Below, piece after piece: positions 8,349 to 14,185 of a DNA stretch of 14,185 bases. The notes beneath the pieces were generated by a model. It was not told the origin of the DNA and searched no databases. It worked only from the letters and a program-made list of their open reading frames with translations. The stretch spans positions 1-14,185 of the forward strand of contig JBHLPR010000059.1 in NCBI GenBank assembly GCA_048939245.1, given 5' to 3'. Both the position numbers and the translations under genes were made by a program. This DNA comes from Promethearchaeota archaeon (lineage in GTDB: Archaea > Asgardarchaeota > Hermodarchaeia > Hermodarchaeales > Hermodarchaeaceae). Numbering within the stretch: the first letter of the stretch is position 1; every line of letters starts with the position of its first letter.

Positions 8349-8460
8349 GTGTTGCTACAAAAAGCTTCCGTCATTATATAGAGACAAAGGCTTATAGGAT
8401 AAGGTGTAACGGGAAACGTAGTTTTTGTCATTCTGGATGAAATAATATGGCGTTGACCCA

Positions 8461-9393
8461 ATGAGCTCACTAACACCTCTCCAACGAGAAATTCGGCAAC
8501 TAGCCAAAGACCAAGACACAATTATTTTTGCTCACAATTATCAACCCGCTGAGATCCAGGAGATAGCTGATTACCTTGGAGATAGTTTTGGATTATGCCA
8601 AAAAGCCCAACAAATTGACGCGGGGACTATTCTCTTCTGTGGCGTACGCTTTATGGCTGAAACCGCTGCAATTCTCAATCCAGATAAACGCATACTGATA
8701 CCAGATATTACTGCACGCTGCCCGATGGCTGCCCAGCTCCCTGCCCATGTTATTCGAGAAGCAAAAAAGAAACATCCAAGGATTCCTGTCGTCCTATATG
8801 TCAACACCACTGCAGAAGCAAAAGCTGAAGCTGATGTAATTTGCACGTCAGCTAATCTCTGCACAATTCTAAAAGGCCTCGATACGAATCCAGTGCTCTT
8901 TGGCCCAGATGGAAACATGGCTGAATATGCACGCCATATCTGTGGTTATGATGTCATTCCCATCCCCGACCATGGATTTTGCCACGTTCATGTTACTTTC
9001 AGTTTTGATCCACAAACGCTCGCATATAAACAAGAACATCCCGACGCCAAACTCTTAGTTCATCCTGAATGTGCATGGAATATCCAAGAACAGGCAGACC
9101 TCATCGGATCCACAGGTCAAATGCTGCAGTATGCCCGTGACAGCCCTGCATCTACATTTATTATCTGCACTGAGATTGATCTAATTACACGTCTACGTCG
9201 GGAACTCCCAGAAAAACAATTCATCCCCGCTCTTGACTATGCAGTTTGTAAGGCAATGAAGAAAATCACTCTTCAGAAAGTCAAGGCTAGCTTGGTGCAG
9301 GATCAATATCTTGTCACGGTTCCCCAACCAATAGCAAAACGTGCCCGTGTCGCCGTTCAACGTATGCTTGATTTGACCACTTCCACTGCTTAG
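8461..9393 (+). CDS. nadA: Quinolinate synthase A
   Basis: AHNYQ, GDS, FCGVRFMAETA, YVNT and HPEC motifs, with three cluster cysteines in CPMA, CHVH and CKAMKKITL. Confidence 0.96.
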   Translation: MSSLTPLQREIRQLAKDQDTIIFAHNYQPAEIQEIADYLGDSFGLCQKAQQIDAGTILFCGVRFMAETAAILNPDKRILIPDITARCPMAAQLPAHVIREAKKKHPRIPVVLYVNTTAEAKAEADVICTSANLCTILKGLDTNPVLFGPDGNMAEYARHICGYDVIPIPDHGFCHVHVTFSFDPQTLAYKQEHPDAKLLVHPECAWNIQEQADLIGSTGQMLQYARDSPASTFIICTEIDLITRLRRELPEKQFIPALDYAVCKAMKKITLQKVKASLVQDQYLVTVPQPIAKRARVAVQRMLDLTTSTA

Positions 9394-9458
9394 AAAATCA
9401 ATAGGAGAGAAGGCTTTTAGAAGCAGTCATATCACTACCATAACCAGAGTGAGGGTCT

Positions 9459-10361
9459 ATGACACCAAATAAATCAGGCTCGATAGCTGAGATTCCCTCC
9501 CAACTTATTCTTCATAAATTCTATGAGATGCTCGATGAAGATATCGGGTTTGGAGACATCACAACCACTGCCCTCATTTCCACCAATCAATCAGCTCACG
9601 CCCGTTTATTCACTCGTCAATCGGGAGTTGTTGCAGGAATTAACATTGCTACCACCATTCTCGAAGACTTCAACTGCACCGTGACACAGAAGACATCTGA
9701 CGGGACTCAAGTCAAAGCGAATACCACATTACTTCTAGTAAAAGGGCGAGCAACGAGCCTTTTAACCATTGAACGGACCCTACTAAATCTTCTGCAACGT
9801 ATGAGTGGAATAGCCACAGCAACTGCTAATCTGGTGAAACTCGCCCAACAAAGTAATTCAGCAGTTCGAGTCGCGGCCACTCGCAAAACCGCTCCATTGC
9901 TCCGACTCTTTGACAAGCTTGCGGTGATTATTGGTGGAGGTGACCCACACCGTTGGCGTCTTGACGATGCTATTCTCATCAAGGATAATCACCTTGCATT
10001 TTATTCGAACCCAGTGAAAGCTGTCCAACAGGCAAGGCAAAACAGCAGTTTCACTTCTCCCATTGAAATTGAAGTCACAACAACTGCTGATGCAATACGT
10101 GTTGCAGAGGTAAACCCCGATATCATTCTACTTGATAACATGTCGCCCAGAGAAGTGGCAGAGGTGGTTCAAAAGCTCCGTCAAACGCACCCTTCTATCA
10201 TTTTAGAAGTTTCAGGCAATATTTCGGCAGACAATATCCAATCCTATGCTGCAACAGGTATTGATGTCATTTCCGTGGGTTGGCTAACCCATTCGGTTCC
10301 TGCTTTGGATTTAAGCATTGATATCACTCCGACTCGTAACAAAGTTTCAACTGGAAGATGA
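9459..10361 (+). CDS. nadC: Quinolinate phosphoribosyltransferase (nicotinate-nucleotide diphosphorylase)
   Basis: ED...GDITT, ER..LNLLQRMSGIAT, TRKT, HR..L.DAILIKDNH, IEIEV, LLDNM and EVSGNI motifs. Confidence 0.96.
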   Translation: MTPNKSGSIAEIPSQLILHKFYEMLDEDIGFGDITTTALISTNQSAHARLFTRQSGVVAGINIATTILEDFNCTVTQKTSDGTQVKANTTLLLVKGRATSLLTIERTLLNLLQRMSGIATATANLVKLAQQSNSAVRVAATRKTAPLLRLFDKLAVIIGGGDPHRWRLDDAILIKDNHLAFYSNPVKAVQQARQNSSFTSPIEIEVTTTADAIRVAEVNPDIILLDNMSPREVAEVVQKLRQTHPSIILEVSGNISADNIQSYAATGIDVISVGWLTHSVPALDLSIDITPTRNKVSTGR

Positions 10362-10367
10362 CCAAAA

Positions 10368-11111
10368 TTGAACGCTTCTCCAAACTATGAAAAAATTGAA
10401 GCTAGAATAACCCAATGGTTAGAACAATATCTGGATCAAAGTGGCTGTACGGGGTTTGTCGTTGCTATTTCTGGGGGTATTGATTCAAGTGTAACAGCAG
10501 TCTTGTGCCGACGTGTTACAGATGCTACATTAGGTCTTATTCTTCCTTGTGGTCAAACACCAGCTGATGCAGCTAAAGACGCTCAAATATTAGCTGACCA
10601 ATTCGATATTAAATACCGTACCTACGACCTAACTCCTGCCTATGAATCTCTTCTGATAAGCTTGGGCTTAACTCCTGAAACACCTGTAACGATTCCATTG
10701 GCGAATATTAAAGCGCGACTCCGAATGGTCACCTTATACTACGAGGCAAATCAGCGTAATCGATTGGTAGTCGGCACAGGGAACAAAACAGAATTGATGT
10801 TAGGGTTCTTCACAAAATACGGGGATGGAGGTGCTGACTTGCTTCCCTTGGGAGCTCTCCTCAAACGAGAAGTCTGTGGTTTAGGCAGAAACTTAGGAAT
10901 TCCCGAACACATATGCGCCAAAACACCCAGTCCCGGGTTATGGCCTGGACAAACTGATGAAGGCGAATTAGGTGCCAGCTATAATCAACTTGACGACCTA
11001 ATTTCTGGTAAGACTCCTAAAGGGTTAACCAAAGAACAAATTCAGCACTTCAAACGACGAATTGCTATCAATGCACACAAACGTGATACCCCTTCAATTT
11101 GTCACCATTAA
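10368..11111 (+). CDS. nadE: NH3-dependent NAD+ synthetase (no glutaminase domain)
   Basis: PP-loop SGGIDS, NIKARLRM, GTGNKTE, GFFTKYGDG and PSPGLWPGQTDEGELG motifs. TTG start 6 bp after nadC. Confidence 0.95.
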   Translation: MNASPNYEKIEARITQWLEQYLDQSGCTGFVVAISGGIDSSVTAVLCRRVTDATLGLILPCGQTPADAAKDAQILADQFDIKYRTYDLTPAYESLLISLGLTPETPVTIPLANIKARLRMVTLYYEANQRNRLVVGTGNKTELMLGFFTKYGDGGADLLPLGALLKREVCGLGRNLGIPEHICAKTPSPGLWPGQTDEGELGASYNQLDDLISGKTPKGLTKEQIQHFKRRIAINAHKRDTPSICHH

Positions 11112-11147
11112 GGAACACCAATACATACCAATAAAGGCGAGTTCATT

Positions 11148-11603
11148 ATGGGTCTTGGAAAACGGATTCTTGGAGGAATTCTGAACTTCTTCTATCACAA
11201 GGAAATTCATGCCTTCAAAATTCGGCTCGACGACAAAACCTATTATGTATGTGCACGCTGCTCGGGTTTATATTTGGGAATCTTTATCGGTTTCCCACTT
11301 TCCTTTGTAATGCTCTTCTTTTTTCCAGTCATTTATAGCCTAGGAGATATTGGCACCACAGTGATTGCTGTATCAATATCATTACCAGCAATAATCGATT
11401 GGACAAGCCAACGTCTTGCACTTCGTAATAGTCGAAATGGAATTCGATTCGGAACAGCCTTCCCTACAGGATTTGCTCTCTCCTGGTATCTCATCTCACC
11501 AGTGTCATATGCGGTAAAAATCCCAGTTTTGATAGCTGTGCTTCTGTTCCTTGCAGTGTTCTTCTTCATTGATCGGAGGACATTTCCTGAAACTTCCGAT
11601 TAA
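11148..11603 (+). CDS. DUF2085-like membrane protein
   Basis: VCARCSGLYLG, P..IDW.SQ and SRNGIRF.T motifs with several TM segments. Confidence 0.75.
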   Translation: MGLGKRILGGILNFFYHKEIHAFKIRLDDKTYYVCARCSGLYLGIFIGFPLSFVMLFFFPVIYSLGDIGTTVIAVSISLPAIIDWTSQRLALRNSRNGIRFGTAFPTGFALSWYLISPVSYAVKIPVLIAVLLFLAVFFFIDRRTFPETSD

Positions 11604-11634
11604 GACCAGATAAAAATCAAATGCCAAAGCCAAC

Positions 11635-12420
11635 CTATTTCTCGGCTTTCATACGTTTTAGGGCAGTTTTTGCTGCCTTCTGTACCGCTGCATCCGGATC
11701 TAGTTGCGCATCTTCAAGGTCTTTGATGGCTTCTTCCGGTAGAGTTCCAATGGAACCTAATGCAGTCACTGCAATTACTCGTTGTTCTGGCCGGTCGGCT
11801 CGCATGGCTTCCAAAAGACCAGGAACTGCTTCGGGTCCGATTTGTTCCAACGCCGTTTGTGCCGCCAATCGAACCTCCATGGTTTCTCCATCGTGTGAAA
11901 ACTCCTCTTCATCAGAGAGTAGTTCAATGAGTATCGGAACAGCTTCAGCAGCGTCACTGCCTAAATTGCCAATGGCTACAGCAGCTTCACCACGAACGAC
12001 CTCATCACTATCCGCGAGCGCCTCGATCAATGCTTCCTTGGCAAAGAGTGCTGAAGTACCCATCTGGGTAAATACTCGAGATGCTGTCCGTCGTACATCA
12101 TCATCGTCATGTTGGAGCAATGCGGTTAGAGATTCTGCTGCTTCCGCTGCATCAGATCCCAAATAGTAGAGGGCCTCAGCAGCATATCGGCAAATGTCAT
12201 CCTCGTCACTACTCAATCCACTGATGAGCATGGGGAGAGCTTCCAAGAGCATGGGATTATCACCAGATTGGGACACAATCTCAAAAGCTGAACGCTGAAT
12301 GGATTCATCCGTATTATCGAGTAAGCCCATGAGGTCTTCCCAGGCATCCTCGTCCTCGTTAACCAGCTCCAGGGCCTTTTGGATTTCGCCTTCTTCTACT
12401 AATTTTAAGAGGTCTGACAT
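11635..12420 (-). CDS. Acidic HEAT / PBS-lyase-like repeat protein
   Basis: About seven ~31-33-aa repeats of the form A.P.LI..L.D.D..VR..AA.ALG.IG. ATG 12420 has GAGGCGG upstream and is preferred over GTG 12447. Confidence 0.9.
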   Translation of the reverse strand: MSDLLKLVEEGEIQKALELVNEDEDAWEDLMGLLDNTDESIQRSAFEIVSQSGDNPMLLEALPMLISGLSSDEDDICRYAAEALYYLGSDAAEAAESLTALLQHDDDDVRRTASRVFTQMGTSALFAKEALIEALADSDEVVRGEAAVAIGNLGSDAAEAVPILIELLSDEEEFSHDGETMEVRLAAQTALEQIGPEAVPGLLEAMRADRPEQRVIAVTALGSIGTLPEEAIKDLEDAQLDPDAAVQKAAKTALKRMKAEK

Positions 12421-12530
12421 AAAAGCCGCCTCGCAAGTATGTTCCACTGATAGAATAAGGTCTCACATGTGTTCAAAAAGGTTATCGCCCATCGACCGAG
12501 AAGTCAACCAACCATAAGAGGTTCCCAATC

Positions 12531-13664
12531 TCACAGCTGAATCTTCCAATCATACTTCCGCAACCCTAACGCCAAAGTCACAGAAAGTAATTGGACACCC
12601 GATACACTACGAATCTGCTCATCCAAAAACGCGTTCAACTCTTCACGCGACGGAAATACTGCCAAAATCACCAAATTAGGACGATCGCCTGTTTCCATCA
12701 CCAACTTAACTGCTTCAACCACCCGTAAATCGGAATGCACTTTGGTTAAGAGCTGGGTATCTGCTTCTAATTGAATCAGAGCAACAACTTCCATTCCCGC
12801 ACGTTCAGGGTCAACTAAAGTCGTGAATCCCTTAATCACTTCATTCTCTTCTAATCGAGCTACACGACTCCTAATTGTGGCGTCACTTACTTTCAATCGT
12901 CTAGCGATCTCGCGAAATGATAACCGCGCATCTCGTTGTAATACGTTCAAAATTCGCCGATCCATCGCATCCAAATCAGCGCGATGCTTTCGTCGGGATG
13001 GCTTCTCGGCTTCAGGAGTAGGGTGAAATCCCAAATAATGAATGATCTCTCCTCGATGTTCCAGATTCAATCGATAGATGTATACAGGTTTTGACTGTAA
13101 TTCCTTTGGATCTGTAATGGTCTGGCACTGAAAGCACCGAAATCCCAGTCTGGGCTGTGCGCTCACAGTGTTACAATCTAAGCATTGGAAAGCAAATTCC
13201 GCCTTGTAATCCTGTTGTTCTCCCTCAAGTGATTTTTTACACGAAGGACACCGTAACCCTTTCTCCGTTTCGAACGCACTGCGTGGACCAATGAATCCAC
13301 AAGAAAAATGCTCAATCATCGGATGATGAACTAGCCGGTTTCCTTCGCAACTTACACAATGGTATTGTGGATGGAGATCAGGAGAACTACATTCCATACA
13401 AGTTAAAATTGATTCTGCCAATTCTCCATTTAGAATCCCTGATCGCTTTAATCCTTCTAACCGATCCACTGTATCTTGGGGGCTTGTTTCAAGGACTTTT
13501 TCAGCTTCTGGATACCGAAATCCATACCGTGTGTTCGAGTCTAATACAGGTTGCAGGTCCTCGATAGTGCCATCAAGTAACCGTTTAATCAGCAGCCACG
13601 CGCCCCGGTCTTCTAACACTGATGGTGTAAAAGTCACAAATCCACCTACTGCAAATTTTACCAA
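12531..13664 (-). CDS. TackOD1-like multi-zinc domain fused to an Lrp/AsnC transcriptional regulator
   Basis: The C-terminal part has the Lrp HTH (LDAMDRRILNVLQRDARLSFREIARRLKVSDATIRSRVARLEENEVIKGF) and a RAM domain. The N-terminal ~200 aa have G.RYP, a wHTH-like segment, CMEC, CVSC, IEHFSCGFIG, CPSC, CLDC, CFQC and Y.Y.LN. GGTGA RBS precedes the TTG start. Confidence 0.85.
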   Translation of the reverse strand: MVKFAVGGFVTFTPSVLEDRGAWLLIKRLLDGTIEDLQPVLDSNTRYGFRYPEAEKVLETSPQDTVDRLEGLKRSGILNGELAESILTCMECSSPDLHPQYHCVSCEGNRLVHHPMIEHFSCGFIGPRSAFETEKGLRCPSCKKSLEGEQQDYKAEFAFQCLDCNTVSAQPRLGFRCFQCQTITDPKELQSKPVYIYRLNLEHRGEIIHYLGFHPTPEAEKPSRRKHRADLDAMDRRILNVLQRDARLSFREIARRLKVSDATIRSRVARLEENEVIKGFTTLVDPERAGMEVVALIQLEADTQLLTKVHSDLRVVEAVKLVMETGDRPNLVILAVFPSREELNAFLDEQIRSVSGVQLLSVTLALGLRKYDWKIQL

Positions 13665-13741
13665 TTACTCACCCGATTCGGGAGCTGATATGCTTTCCCC
13701 TTACCCTGAAAACCACAAATCTTGCTATCTAATCTCACTAA

Positions 13742-13759
13742 AGGTGTAAACTTTTTAAG
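13742..13759 (+). promoter_or_regulatory. Putative BRE/TATA promoter driving a non-coding transcript, divergent from the Lrp fusion gene
   Basis: AGGTGTAAACTTTTTAAG resembles the other promoters in this window. The expected transcription start is about 13780, and no plus-strand ORF follows. Confidence 0.5.
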
Positions 13760-13779
13760 ATGACAGGGAACCCCGCGTC

Positions 13780-14185
13780 TGCGCACAATTTCGACATTTC
13801 AAATCTATTTTTACAATTTTTCACCAGTTAAGCTGCGCAATTGCGTAGTTTGCGATACGGGAACTACGCGAACACCCTCTAAATCTAGTATATTCTGTAA
13901 CACAGACTCTAGGAAGCATCCAGGACGCGAAACGGATGTCCCGGTGCCTCGAAAAGTCTATCCCACCCGGGGAGCCCTCTCGAATCCTGTCCCTCCCAAA
14001 TCCCTCCTCCCGTTGTCCGAACCTCAGAAACTTTTTCTTGAGGCACCCGGCACCGGCTAGCGTCCTTCGTCTGGGTTACTCCCTTAGCGGGGATGTAGGG
14101 GGATGACCACACAGGACGTGCCCGCGCTCATTGGTCGGGCACCTCCACTCTACTTTTGCACTACAAGAACCATACCTCCGTAGTT
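13780..14185 (+). ncRNA. Structured non-coding region, probably a pre-rRNA 5' leader or processing region (rRNA beyond the window), or an unknown ncRNA
   Basis: No credible ORF, locally GC-rich, with several nested stems: 13843-13850/13862-13869, 13922-13928/14060-14066, 13944-13950/14040-14046 and 14118-14124/14136-14142. Confidence 0.5.

Noticed and set aside
11621-12166. 181-aa plus-strand Ser/Ala-rich ORF
   Set aside because: It is the antisense shadow of the HEAT-repeat gene and has no motifs of its own.
185-13664. Selenocysteine read-through at genes ending in TGA
   Set aside because: For the recognised families the TGA stops fall at the expected protein ends, and I saw no convincing SECIS or conserved downstream extension.
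13909-14112. 67-aa minus-strand ORF
   Set aside because: No recognisable motif, and it lies in a GC-rich base-paired tract where short ORFs arise by chance.
13860-14185. SRP RNA, RNase P RNA, hammerhead ribozyme, cobalamin riboswitch, HEARO/omega RNA or group II intron
   Set aside because: Only fragments are present (CTGTAAC, GGACGCGAAAC, GGATGCTTCC). The SRP helix-8 motif, RNase P CR-I/CR-V, CUGAUGA core and intron domain V are absent on both strands, and no nuclease or RT gene is in view.
1-14185. CRISPR array, tRNA, transposase or prophage
   Set aside because: No regularly spaced repeats, cloverleaf motifs, terminal inverted repeats or mobile-element proteins were seen.

Overview
Archaeal genomic DNA, probably from an Asgard or TACK-related lineage. 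This is inferred from the TATA/BRE-like promoters, GGTG/GGAGG ribosome-binding sites, a C4-H2-C2 RING-variant protein and a TackOD1-like domain. Most of the window is nitrogen and cofactor metabolism: glutamate dehydrogenase, a stand-alone FMN glutamate-synthase-family protein, dodecin, a Cys-rich 4Fe-4S protein, a LolD/MacB-type ABC ATPase with a very small FtsX-like permease, nadA-nadC-nadE, a DUF2085-like membrane protein and a HEAT-repeat protein. Four things stand out. (1) An unrecognised ~52-aa helical module occurs twice in ORF 185-799 and again at the end of the upstream gene. (2) A membrane-anchored protein carries a zinc ribbon and tandem RING domains. (3) A multi-zinc TackOD1-like domain is fused to an Lrp/AsnC regulator. 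(4) A strongly base-paired ~400-nt tract with no credible ORF follows a TATA-like box at the right end (about 13780-14185). It is most simply the leader of an rRNA gene lying just beyond the window, but it could be an independent ncRNA. No CRISPR array, tRNA, mature rRNA or mobile element was seen. All assignments come from motif recognition by eye; no searches were run.
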